NCBI GenBank assembly: GCA_964580285.1
Contig: CAZOKB010000001.1
Location: forward strand, 9,366-73,365
Source: an uncultured Bdellovibrionales bacterium
GTDB lineage: Bacteria; Patescibacteriota; Minisyncoccia; Moranbacterales; UBA1568
Direction of reading: 5' to 3'
DNA length: 64,000 nt
This document shows positions 20,065-29,814 of this stretch, piece by piece. The notes under the pieces are model-generated. The model was not told the origin of the DNA, ran no database searches, and saw nothing but the letters and a program-made list of their open reading frames with translations. The first letter of the stretch is position 1, and each line of letters opens with the position of its first letter. The translations under genes were made by a program, and so were the position numbers.

Positions 20065-20976
20065 ATGTACCGTCTTTCTAAAGATATTCTCGACACCGTG
20101 ACGTACTATGATGTCTTTGATTATCCGCTTTCGGTGTTTGAGATATGGAAGCATCTCCTGACTCTTCAGGAAGAAGAGGTGCGCCCATCCACCTATAGAG
20201 AGGTTTTTGTGGCAGTGCGTGCAGAGGTCTCTCGAGGAACACTGGCTTGGGAGCGAGGATTTTTCTTTCTTTCTGGTCGGCAGGGTTTGGTAACAGAACG
20301 TATACGCAGAGAGAAACTATCCGCAGCGAAGCTTAGGCGCATGCAACGTTTAGCATTGTTGCTCCGCTGCGTTCCGTATGTGCGTTTTGCGGGAGCTACC
20401 GGAAGCTTGTCGCTGAAGTACGGAGACCTTGAAAGTGATTGGGATCTTTTTGTAGTGCTTCGGGCAGGAAAAATCTGGACGGGGCGTGTGATACTGACCG
20501 GTATACTCTTCATGCTTGGCAAGTGGCGGCATGGAAAAAAAATCCGGAACCGGGCCTGTCTCAATTATTTTGTGACGGATGAAAGCCTAGAGATCGGTAC
20601 CCAGGATCTTTTTTCTGCCCACGAATACCGTTTTATGATCCCTTTGTTTGCGTACACGCTGTTTCAGAAGTTCGAGTTGAAAAATCGTTGGATGGCTCGC
20701 TTCAAACCTAATTTTTCGCTGTCAGAGATTCGACCGTTTTGGTGTCAGGAAAGGACCCTGACAGCGCTCCGGGTGCAGCGGTGGCTTGAGCGTATTATCG
20801 ATCTCTTTCCGGTAGAGGCCTTTTTGGGCAGGCGACAGAAGGCAAGGATCGCCCATAATCCGAAGACGCATTGGGAGGGAAGTTATATTGAAGCGAATGA
20901 TCGGATGTTGATCTTCTTACCACGTCCGCGTGGCCCTCGAGTCTATGAGGCGTTCAAACAGAGACTCCGGGTATAG
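20065..20976 (+). CDS. Hypothetical protein with a Pol-beta-type nucleotidyltransferase motif
   Basis: TGSLS..ESDWDLFVV (GS..DxD). Confidence 0.65.
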   Translation: MYRLSKDILDTVTYYDVFDYPLSVFEIWKHLLTLQEEEVRPSTYREVFVAVRAEVSRGTLAWERGFFFLSGRQGLVTERIRREKLSAAKLRRMQRLALLLRCVPYVRFAGATGSLSLKYGDLESDWDLFVVLRAGKIWTGRVILTGILFMLGKWRHGKKIRNRACLNYFVTDESLEIGTQDLFSAHEYRFMIPLFAYTLFQKFELKNRWMARFKPNFSLSEIRPFWCQERTLTALRVQRWLERIIDLFPVEAFLGRRQKARIAHNPKTHWEGSYIEANDRMLIFLPRPRGPRVYEAFKQRLRV

Positions 20977-21103
20977 TGCTTTTTTGTGGTATACTGAAAA
21001 AACTAAGCGTTATTTGGTGGTATCAGTCTTACGTTCGGGAACGAAAGTGAAACTTTGGTTTCGTCGATTGTGTTTGGTCATAAAAAAACAAAAAAAACTT
21101 GGT

Positions 21104-22324
21104 ATGCCCAGGTATTATTACACAGCAAAAAATATCGCGACGGGTGAAACCGCTGGAGCCGAAAACGAAGCGAAAGATGAGCGGGAATTGGTGGCCGAAT
21201 TGCGTGCCGGCGGTCTTATGGTGACTTCGGTGCGAGAAATCAAGGAGAAAGCAAAAGTACAGGTACAGTTTCTAGATCGTTTTGTCTCCGTGCCTCTCAA
21301 AGAGAAGATGGTGTTCACGCGTAATTTGGCGGTCATGGTATCGTCTGGACTGACAGTGTCCAAAGCCATTATGAACCTGTCTGTTCAGACGCAAAATAAG
21401 GCCTTCCAAAAGATTCTCCGTGAAGTGTACGACGAAGTGCAGAGCGGCAAGACCCTTTCTGAAGGACTGGCCAAATATCCGAAAGTCTTCAATGAACTGT
21501 TTACAAGCATGGTCTATGTCGGAGAAATTTCCGGTAATCTTGAAGAGGTGTTGGATATTCTAGCTCTCCAGCTGGAGAAGGAGAATGATCTCTTATCGAA
21601 GGTGAAGGGAGCAATGATTTATCCGGCAGTTATCGTGGTAGCGATGTTGGGTATTGGTATCCTCATGCTGACGTTTATTTTGCCACGCATCACTGGAGTT
21701 TTTAAGGATATGAATGTCACTCTGCCGGCATCTACGCAGTTCATTATGGCTGTCAGTGATTTTCTCCGTAATCATGCTATTGCAAGCGTAATTCTTTTTT
21801 TCGGGGGTATTTTCGCGGTGAGGCTTTTTGCGACGACGGAAGTAGGTAAGAAATTTTTTGACTGGCTTTTTCTGCGTCTGCCTATTGTGGGGAATATCAT
21901 TATCAAAGTGAACTGCGCCCGGTTTGCTCGCATCTATAGTTCGCTGCTGAAGAGCGGTGTGTCGGTTATGGATTCCTTGACGATTGTCAAAAAGACTCTG
22001 GCTAATTCGTATTATAAAGGAGCTCTCGATGAATCGATTAGCGAAATACAAAAAGGTGTTGATTTGAGTGTGGTTATTCTTCGGTATCCGAAGCTGTTTC
22101 CGATTTTGGTGCCGCAAATTATTCAGGTAGGAGAAGAGACTGGAAAAACGGAGTCAGTGCTGCGTAGACTGGCTGAGTTTTATGAAGAAGAAGTTTCACA
22201 GATTACGAAGAATATGTCTTCAATTATCGAACCAGTATTGATGATTCTGATTGGAGGGAGTGTGGGGTTTTTTGCAGTAGCGATGCTGACACCGATGTAC
22301 AGCGTGTTGGAAAATATCAAGTAG
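21104..22324 (+). CDS. pilC: Type IV pilus platform protein (PilC/GspF family)
   Basis: Duplicated T2SSF domains (FTRNLAVMVSSG, GEISGNL, YP, GEETG, IEP). Confidence 0.95.
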   Translation: MPRYYYTAKNIATGETAGAENEAKDERELVAELRAGGLMVTSVREIKEKAKVQVQFLDRFVSVPLKEKMVFTRNLAVMVSSGLTVSKAIMNLSVQTQNKAFQKILREVYDEVQSGKTLSEGLAKYPKVFNELFTSMVYVGEISGNLEEVLDILALQLEKENDLLSKVKGAMIYPAVIVVAMLGIGILMLTFILPRITGVFKDMNVTLPASTQFIMAVSDFLRNHAIASVILFFGGIFAVRLFATTEVGKKFFDWLFLRLPIVGNIIIKVNCARFARIYSSLLKSGVSVMDSLTIVKKTLANSYYKGALDESISEIQKGVDLSVVILRYPKLFPILVPQIIQVGEETGKTESVLRRLAEFYEEEVSQITKNMSSIIEPVLMILIGGSVGFFAVAMLTPMYSVLENIK

Positions 22325-22327
22325 ATT

Positions 22328-23710
22328 ATGCAGGCAGAACAGGCACGATTCGATACAAGAACACTATTTGGATTTACCATGATCGAGGCGGCAATTTTCC
22401 TTTTTATTTTTTCCCTTATTACAGCAACTTTTTATGAAGCCTGGAGCGTGGGGACTAAAAATATCATGAATTCCAAGTATCGTCTTGGGGCCACGGCGAT
22501 CGCAAACCAGCAGATGGAAATTATCCGTAGCCTCATTTTTGATAATATCGGTACAACCTCAGGTATTCCTCATGGGACACTGAGTCAAGATCAATCCATT
22601 ACCGCAAACACCACTACATACAATGTGCATACCGTGGTGCAATTTGTAGATGATCCGACAGATGGAACTGCAGCTTTAGGTACGGATTTTGCCCCGAATG
22701 ACTACAAGAAGGTGACGCTGACGGTGTCGTGGGGTAGTGGGGCTTCTTATGAACAGGTGGAAATGTCCTCTCTTTTTTCGCTGGATGGGGTTGAATCAGT
22801 AGCGGCGGGCACGGGCATCCTCTCTATCAATGTTTTGAATAGTGCGGGTATAGGTGTATCAGGGGCTACGGTGCGGATTACGAATACGAGCGTTGCGCCA
22901 TCCGTGGATATTACGGTTACGACGGATGCTAATGGTAATACGACCTTTCCGGGGGCTCCAGAATCAGTACAGGGGTATCATATTCTGGTGAGTAAAAACG
23001 GATACTATTCTAATATGACCTACGCTCCATACCCAACCTCAACCTTTAATCCGGTGAATACCCATGTTTCGATTGTGGCGGGGAGTTTGACGGCGGCGAC
23101 CGTGGTGATGGATGAGCGTTCGGTTATTGATTTTGAGACGAAAGATCCCTTTGATGCAGATATTCCGAATATTGACTTCTCCATTGGTGGTGGTCTGGTG
23201 ATCGGTACGGATCCTGCTACCGGAGCTTCGATCTATGATTTTTCACAGGCGAGTGCAACGAACGCAAGTGGAGAGGTATCATTCTCTGATCGGAGTACAG
23301 GGGTATATACAGTGACGCTTGATGCGAGTGAAAGTGGGTATGAGTATTTACGCTTGAGTCCGGAAGAAACAACGTTCGGAACCATCAACCTTCCTCCGGC
23401 TACCTCAAAAACAGTCAAGATGGTGCTGGCGAGTAAAACGTATAGCTCAGCTTTGATTACCGCTAAGAATGCTGCTGACAATACGCCTTTGGCAGGAGCT
23501 TCTGTGCGGTTGTTTAACACGACTCTCGGCTATGATACCACCATTACCGCAGATACCTATGGGCAGGCATTTTTCCCGACAACCAACACTCCATTGGTGG
23601 CCGGAACCTATGATATCGAAGTGAGTGCGAGCGGTTTTACCACAGGTGCGGGCACGATAGTGGTTTCTGGGGCAGCATTAGAGAAAAAAACCATTACTCT
23701 TTCTCCATAG
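22328..23710 (+). CDS. Large minor pilin with C-terminal beta-sandwich (carboxypeptidase-regulatory-like) domains
   Basis: Prepilin site G/FTMIE plus hydrophobic helix; repeated GA.V.I/L..T..NG/YG..F modules. Confidence 0.85.
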   Translation: MQAEQARFDTRTLFGFTMIEAAIFLFIFSLITATFYEAWSVGTKNIMNSKYRLGATAIANQQMEIIRSLIFDNIGTTSGIPHGTLSQDQSITANTTTYNVHTVVQFVDDPTDGTAALGTDFAPNDYKKVTLTVSWGSGASYEQVEMSSLFSLDGVESVAAGTGILSINVLNSAGIGVSGATVRITNTSVAPSVDITVTTDANGNTTFPGAPESVQGYHILVSKNGYYSNMTYAPYPTSTFNPVNTHVSIVAGSLTAATVVMDERSVIDFETKDPFDADIPNIDFSIGGGLVIGTDPATGASIYDFSQASATNASGEVSFSDRSTGVYTVTLDASESGYEYLRLSPEETTFGTINLPPATSKTVKMVLASKTYSSALITAKNAADNTPLAGASVRLFNTTLGYDTTITADTYGQAFFPTTNTPLVAGTYDIEVSASGFTTGAGTIVVSGAALEKKTITLSP

Positions 23711-23719
23711 CAAAGGCGT

Positions 23720-24358
23720 ATGACTCAATCATCGAGGAGACGAAAAGGGCTCAGAGGAATGTCATTGGTCGAAATGATTATGGCTATCTTTATCTTGCTC
23801 ATCGGCATGGAAGGAGTCACGATGTTATTTATTAATAGTTGGAAGAATAATAAATTTATCTTTGAAACAGGTAATGCTTCCTATGCTGCTTCACGAGCAG
23901 TGAATCGTATGGTGAGTGAAATCCGTAAGGTTCGCCAAGCAGATAATGGTGACTACCCGGTTGAATCAGGTGATCAGTTCGACCTCAAAGTCTATATGGA
24001 TGTCGATAATGACGGAGTGACTGAGCGAGTGCATTACTATCTAAGTAGTGGTGCTCTCTACCGGGGGATTACTAATCCATCTGCTACGACACCTATTACC
24101 TACCCGGCGGGTGACGATAGTACTGAGGTATTCGCAAACTATATTTCAAATTCTAACAGTGAGCCGGTTTTTTATTATTACAATCGAGATTATCCGAGTG
24201 ACATTGTGAATAATCCTCTGGCGACGCCGGTCGCGGTGGAGAATGTTCGTTTGATTAAAGTCCATCTTTTGGTGAACATCGATCCGGTCAATGCGCCCAA
24301 TAATATCAATGTGGAGTCTTTTGTTGAGCTCCGTAATCTTAATAATTATTCCTACTAA
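23720..24358 (+). CDS. Minor pilin (PilW-like)
   Basis: RG/MSLVEMIMA prepilin motif; C-terminal V.LRN. Confidence 0.85.
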   Translation: MTQSSRRRKGLRGMSLVEMIMAIFILLIGMEGVTMLFINSWKNNKFIFETGNASYAASRAVNRMVSEIRKVRQADNGDYPVESGDQFDLKVYMDVDNDGVTERVHYYLSSGALYRGITNPSATTPITYPAGDDSTEVFANYISNSNSEPVFYYYNRDYPSDIVNNPLATPVAVENVRLIKVHLLVNIDPVNAPNNINVESFVELRNLNNYSY

Positions 24359-24368
24359 AGCCAGATCT

Positions 24369-25826
24369 ATGCAGTCTACCCGGAAAGGATCAGCGATCGC
24401 GTACGCTCTCATGATTATGGCGGCTTCTTCTGTATTGCTGGCTTCGATCATCGGTTTTATCGCCTCGCAGCTCAAGTACAGTTTAAAGCAGCATGATCGC
24501 GAACAGGCGTTGCAGATCGCTGAAGCCGGGGTGCATTTCTACAAATGGTATATTGCGCACCAGCTGGATGGGCGTACGGCCAGTCAGGTACAGGCTTTTT
24601 GGTCGGCAGGTACCGCTCTGGGGCAAGCCTCTCCGTACACACAAAGCTATGATAACGGTCAGTACAGTATTACGGTGACGCCGCCAGCTACCGGATCGAC
24701 GATTATTTATATCACGTCGGTTGGACACACGAATGATAATCCTACACTGAGTCGCACCTTGAGAGTGCGTTTGCGGAAGCCTTCCTGGAGCGAGAACGCG
24801 GTCGTAGCTAACGATTTTATGCGTTTTGGAGTAGGTACGGAAGTGTATGGGAAAATCCATTCCAATTCAGGTATTCATTTTGATGGCTTGGCGCATAATC
24901 TGGTATCCAGCTCGCTTGACCAGTATGATGATCCAGATCATAACGGTGCTAATGAATTTGGGGTGCATACGCACGTGAATGTACCGCCGGCCACGGGTAT
25001 TAATAGTAACTTCCGTCCTGCCGAAGCACCACCCGCTTCGGTCCCGAATCGAACCGATGTTTTTGAGGCTGGTCGGCAGTTCCCAGTGGCTACCGTCGAT
25101 TTCAATGGTATTCTCGGAGATCTTTCATTGATGAAGTCTGAGTCGCAGGCTGGGCATGGAAGGTATTTCAATAACGATGGACAGGGCAGGCATATCATCC
25201 TGAAATCCAATGGAACATATGATATTTGCACGGTTAATTCATTTGTGGCATCCACCAATGAAATTAACCAGTATAAGAAAGTGAGTGGTAGTGGGACCTG
25301 TGCAACCTGTTCTGGTCAGTGCGTTGCTAACTATCAGATTGTTGATAACGGTGTTATTTTTGTAGAAAATAATGTTTGGCTCGAGGGAACAGTGAATTCA
25401 AAGAAACTTTCGGTAGTGGCTGCTAATCTGATTTCGGCTGCGAAAAAAACGATGTATATCAGTCATGATATTCTCTACACGCATTCGGATTGTTCTGAAA
25501 TCGTTGGGGCGATTGGTCAACAGGATGTGGAGATTACTCGGGATAGCAATAACTTTCTTACCCTAGATGCCGCGCTGATGGCTCAGAGTGGCCGGGTTGG
25601 TCGGTCGAATTATACCGGACCGAATGCGATTCGCGATACCATCACTGTGAACGGTGCGATTGTGAGTAATCAGCGCTATGGTTTTGCGTGGGCGGATGCT
25701 TTAGGAAATCACGTTTCTGGATACCGGAACCGGAATCTCTATTACGATAATAATCTCCTGTATTGTCCGCCGCCGTATTTTCCGACGGGCACCAGTTATC
25801 TCATAGATCTTTGGGAAGAGCTCTAG
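24369..25826 (+). CDS. PilX-like minor pilin/tip protein
   Basis: KG/SAIAYAL (no E5) and AEAG motif; C-terminal YD..L..PP.FP. Confidence 0.8.
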   Translation: MQSTRKGSAIAYALMIMAASSVLLASIIGFIASQLKYSLKQHDREQALQIAEAGVHFYKWYIAHQLDGRTASQVQAFWSAGTALGQASPYTQSYDNGQYSITVTPPATGSTIIYITSVGHTNDNPTLSRTLRVRLRKPSWSENAVVANDFMRFGVGTEVYGKIHSNSGIHFDGLAHNLVSSSLDQYDDPDHNGANEFGVHTHVNVPPATGINSNFRPAEAPPASVPNRTDVFEAGRQFPVATVDFNGILGDLSLMKSESQAGHGRYFNNDGQGRHIILKSNGTYDICTVNSFVASTNEINQYKKVSGSGTCATCSGQCVANYQIVDNGVIFVENNVWLEGTVNSKKLSVVAANLISAAKKTMYISHDILYTHSDCSEIVGAIGQQDVEITRDSNNFLTLDAALMAQSGRVGRSNYTGPNAIRDTITVNGAIVSNQRYGFAWADALGNHVSGYRNRNLYYDNNLLYCPPPYFPTGTSYLIDLWEEL

Positions 25827-25886
25827 TATCACTCTAAGATGTGGTATTATAAAGAGAGAAAAACGCAAAGCCAAAAGAGAAATACA

Positions 25887-26981
25887 ATGTCATTCTTACA
25901 GAAGAAAATTTTCGATCTCTTTCCGAGTTCGTTCGGTCTTGATTTGTCGGATCTGTCAATCAAGGTGCTGCGCATGGAAAGCGAGGGGAAGGCACACCGG
26001 GTAAGTGGGTATACCTCAGCGGCACTCCCGGTCGGCAGCGTGATTGATGGGGAGATTCTTAAGCCGGAGATTGTCATCGACGTGATGCGTAGGCTCATGG
26101 AGAACCCGACCATGAAGAAGATGCATACACGCAAGGTGATGTGCTCGTTGCCCGAGACCAAAGCTTTTCTGCGGGTCATTTCTTTGCCTAAAATGGAAGA
26201 GAAAGAGGTTCGCGGGGCTATCCAGTGGGAGATTGAAGCAAATATTCCGCTTACCCTGGACCAGGTTTATTACGATTGGCAGATACTCGACGGGACGCTG
26301 TTAGTAGAAGAGGGGAAAATGAATGTCTTGGTGGTAGCAGTGGCGCGTTCGGTTGTGGATCAGTTTGTGGAAGTACTCGAGGCAGCGGGGTTGGAAGTCG
26401 TGGGGTTGGAAACAGAATCCATCGCCCAGGCCCGAAGCTTACTTTCTGAAACAGAGGAAAAATCAACTACCTTAATCGTAGATATCGGAGACCGACGCAC
26501 CAGCTTTTTGATTTCTGTGGGAAGTACGCCTTGTTTCACCTCGAGCGTTCCTTTGTCTTCTCAGATGATTACTGATGCGATTGCCAAGGATTTGCGTATT
26601 TCCTTTCAGGAAGCGGAAGATATTAAAATTAAGCAGGGACTGGGATCGCTCGCTTTGCGCGGACCAGTGCTGAAGGCAGCCTTACCAGTGTTGGAAAGTA
26701 TTGCGGGAGAAATTGAAAAATCAATCAGTTTCTACCTGGAAAACCTTCATTATTCCCAAACGATTGATACGGTTGTGCTCTGCGGGGGCGGTGCCAATAT
26801 GAAGGGGTTGTTGCCTTACCTTACGCGTCGACTGAACCGAGACGTTGTTTTTGGTAACCCCTGGGTCAATGTTCACTTAGGAAAACGTATCCCACCTATT
26901 GATCGTAATCATTCAGTGCAGTACTCAACCGCTATCGGTTTGGCTCTGCGCGGACTCGACGAATATGAGGATCTTGCTTAA
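25887..26981 (+). CDS. pilM: Type IV pilus alignment protein PilM
   Basis: FGLDLSD, IVDIG, LCGGGA, AIGLALR actin-like motifs. Confidence 0.92.
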   Translation: MSFLQKKIFDLFPSSFGLDLSDLSIKVLRMESEGKAHRVSGYTSAALPVGSVIDGEILKPEIVIDVMRRLMENPTMKKMHTRKVMCSLPETKAFLRVISLPKMEEKEVRGAIQWEIEANIPLTLDQVYYDWQILDGTLLVEEGKMNVLVVAVARSVVDQFVEVLEAAGLEVVGLETESIAQARSLLSETEEKSTTLIVDIGDRRTSFLISVGSTPCFTSSVPLSSQMITDAIAKDLRISFQEAEDIKIKQGLGSLALRGPVLKAALPVLESIAGEIEKSISFYLENLHYSQTIDTVVLCGGGANMKGLLPYLTRRLNRDVVFGNPWVNVHLGKRIPPIDRNHSVQYSTAIGLALRGLDEYEDLA

Positions 26982-27528
26982 TATCTTGCCCGAAGAAAAG
27001 AAAATGGTAACGGAGCGACGGACTCGATTCCGATTTTTCGTGTGGCAAGTGTTCCTCTTGTTCTCTTTGGAGCTTTTTTACCTCGGTATCCTATCCGGTA
27101 TGTATTTAGTGCTTGATTTTGAGCGTGGGCATCAAGAAATGCTTGGACAGGATTTCGATCGGTATCGTGATGAAGAAAAAAAACTCAAGATGTTTGAGGA
27201 AAAATTTCAAACTACGAATGCAATGACGGATGCGGTATTTTCCATTGATCGCAATCGTTTTTATTTTACAAATGTTTTTCTCCTGTTAGATCAATATACC
27301 GACGAGAAGATTACTTTTGAACGGGTGAGTACTAAAGAATATCAGGTGTTTATTACTGGCGTAGCTGATACGCGGGATGACCTCTTGGCTTTTGATGAAA
27401 AACTGAAGGGAGAAAAATGTTTCTCCAAAGTGAATTTGCCGCTTTCAAATCTCCTTACCCAGGAAAATGTCAACTTTCAGATGGATGTCATGCTTGATGA
27501 AAAATGTATGCACACTACACCTCTATGA
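26965..27528 (+). CDS. pilN: PilN-like protein
   Basis: N-terminal LNILP motif, TM helix, ITGVA; follows pilM. Confidence 0.8.
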   Translation: MRILLNILPEEKKMVTERRTRFRFFVWQVFLLFSLELFYLGILSGMYLVLDFERGHQEMLGQDFDRYRDEEKKLKMFEEKFQTTNAMTDAVFSIDRNRFYFTNVFLLLDQYTDEKITFERVSTKEYQVFITGVADTRDDLLAFDEKLKGEKCFSKVNLPLSNLLTQENVNFQMDVMLDEKCMHTTPL

Positions 27529-28286
27529 ACGAATACCTTAAAAAAAATCTAGGATTGGTTATGCTGGTGGCTATCCTCATAGCGATGGGTCTGGTGTACT
27601 GGTTCGGTATCCGTATGATGGGCGATGTGATTGCTCATGAACAGAATGATATCCAGAAGGCGATTGCTGTGCGGGAGAATCGTGAACGACAACTTGGCAA
27701 GCTTCAGGAATACCAGGACCAATACGATACGATCTTACGGGATGAGGATACCCTGAAGGTATTCACTGAAAAGGAGCATATGATTGATTTCATTAAACAA
27801 TTGGAAGGGTTGGCTCAGGAGAGCGGAGTGCATATTGTGATCGAGGCTCGTGAGGGTGCTCCGGTAAAACCAGCGGCAAAGGTGGCGGCCGATACGGATA
27901 AGTCAGATGTTCCTGATACGGCTGCTAAAACGAATGCAAAGAAAGATAAAAGTATTATCGGTAATTTGCCTACCCAGGAATACACGCGATTGGCCTTACG
28001 GGTGTCCGGAGATACAAAGAAAGTGATTCAATATATCCATAAGGTGGAGACACTCCCGGTAGCGCTTGACGTGATTGCTCTGGATGCGACACGAAAAGAG
28101 AGAGAGATAACACGAGTGAATGCTCCGGCTGCGGCAGCGCCGGTCGTTACTCCTGAAGCAATGACACGTGAAGGTTCGGGACTCTTTGTAGCGGTACCAG
28201 AAACAACCCCGACTCCTGAATCAATTACTCCAGCAGCTTTTAATCTGGAGGTAGTGGCAGATATGATTGTATACCATAGTCAGTAA
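27525..28286 (+). CDS. pilO: PilO-like protein
   Basis: TM, coiled coil, LEGLAQESGV; position after pilN. Confidence 0.7.
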   Translation: MNEYLKKNLGLVMLVAILIAMGLVYWFGIRMMGDVIAHEQNDIQKAIAVRENRERQLGKLQEYQDQYDTILRDEDTLKVFTEKEHMIDFIKQLEGLAQESGVHIVIEAREGAPVKPAAKVAADTDKSDVPDTAAKTNAKKDKSIIGNLPTQEYTRLALRVSGDTKKVIQYIHKVETLPVALDVIALDATRKEREITRVNAPAAAAPVVTPEAMTREGSGLFVAVPETTPTPESITPAAFNLEVVADMIVYHSQ

Positions 28287-28292
28287 TACCCT

Positions 28293-28640
28293 ATGAAATT
28301 CTCCTCACTCAAGAAACTTTCTTTCAAGTCCGGTCTCTCTGTTCGGAAAAGCATGTTGTTTTGGTATCGTTCCTACCGGTGGCTCTTGATAGTACTTTTT
28401 TTGGGTATCCTTGCTCTTGGAGGATGGAATTGGTATGAGAGCCTCTATCGGTATGCCTGGACCGATGCTCAAAAAAAACAATTCTTGGAATCCTATGCAG
28501 CTGAAACGGATTTTCGGGCGGCTCGCTTTGAGAAGGTTATCCATGAGTTGAATACTCGGAAGGAGCGGAACGCGGAAGTACCGGTGGTACAACACGATCT
28601 TTTCCGATTGGATAAGATCTTGGATAAGAATCTGCATTGA
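28293..28640 (+). CDS. Single-TM pilus-associated hypothetical protein
   Basis: One TM helix; last gene of the pil operon. Confidence 0.7.
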   Translation: MKFSSLKKLSFKSGLSVRKSMLFWYRSYRWLLIVLFLGILALGGWNWYESLYRYAWTDAQKKQFLESYAAETDFRAARFEKVIHELNTRKERNAEVPVVQHDLFRLDKILDKNLH

Positions 28641-28670
28641 CGAAAACCTGCGGTGTGCTAGGGTATACGG

Positions 28671-29723
28671 ATGCTTATGGTACAGAAGACAAGGCAGGTT
28701 GCCCTGAAAGAACATAGTACGACGCTGCCAGTATGGCGACTGACTCAGATGGAGCAGGCGCTTTTTTTGCCGTCCACCCGTTCTTTTCGGGATATAACGG
28801 CCTTGCCAGCTCAGTGGCGCGAGACATTGGATGCGAGTGATACGTTTGTTGCGTATCAATCCGTTCACGTGTTTGGGAGTAAAAAACGGGATACGTTTAA
28901 AGCGCTACTGGAACTCAAAGATGGCAAGCGGATCGAAACGGTGCTCATGAAAAACAGTCGTGACCAGTATTCCGTCTGTGTGTCGACCCAGGTAGGGTGT
29001 GCGATGGCCTGCACCTTTTGTGCGACCGGCACGATGGGGTTTACCCGGAATCTTACGAGCGATGAAATTGTGGATCAGTACCGCTTTTGGATGTACTACC
29101 TAGCGGATCATCCGGAGATTACGGAGAGAATCAGCAATGTGGTCTATATGGGTATGGGGGAGCCTCTGGCGAATTATGACCAGGTGAAACAGTCGCTCCA
29201 AATGTTGCTAAAATACACGGATTTGGGGCCGACTCGTATTACGGTGTCGACGGTCGGACTCGTGCCAATGCTTGAATTTCTTCTCAAGGATCCAGAGTGG
29301 CCGCCGGTGCGCTTAGCGGTTTCGCTCCACAGTGCCGATCCGCAAACACGCCAAGAAATCATGCCGACTTCATACCCAGAATTTCTGGAGAAACTGGGCA
29401 ATTGGACGAAAAAATATTTCGCAAAGTTTGATTCCAAGCGGCGGCACCTGACCTTTGAGTATATTATGCTGTCGGGAGTGAATGATACTGCAGCGCATGC
29501 CGAGCATCTCATTCGCTTTGCGCGCCAAGTTGGTAAAGTGCGGATTAACCTGATCCCGTATAACTATACGAGTGAGCGCTACACAAAGAGTACGGAAGGG
29601 GGTATTGCGCGCTTCCAAACACTGTTGGAGAAAGTCGGTATCGATGTGACTCGTCGGCGGACGCGAGGGGAGGATATCGCTGCCGCCTGTGGCCAGCTGG
29701 TGGTCGAGGAGAAGAAAGACTAA
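28671..29723 (+). CDS. rlmN: Radical SAM RNA methyltransferase RlmN
   Basis: CVSTQVGCAMACTFC, MGMGEP, SLH, AACGQL. Confidence 0.93.
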   Translation: MLMVQKTRQVALKEHSTTLPVWRLTQMEQALFLPSTRSFRDITALPAQWRETLDASDTFVAYQSVHVFGSKKRDTFKALLELKDGKRIETVLMKNSRDQYSVCVSTQVGCAMACTFCATGTMGFTRNLTSDEIVDQYRFWMYYLADHPEITERISNVVYMGMGEPLANYDQVKQSLQMLLKYTDLGPTRITVSTVGLVPMLEFLLKDPEWPPVRLAVSLHSADPQTRQEIMPTSYPEFLEKLGNWTKKYFAKFDSKRRHLTFEYIMLSGVNDTAAHAEHLIRFARQVGKVRINLIPYNYTSERYTKSTEGGIARFQTLLEKVGIDVTRRRTRGEDIAAACGQLVVEEKKD

Positions 29724-29814
29724 AGAACAGGACTTGATCGTTGATTTTTACCTTGTTTACGACTATACTTCTACAGTTGCATCTCATACCGACTTCTTGT
29801 TTTCTTGATGAGTT

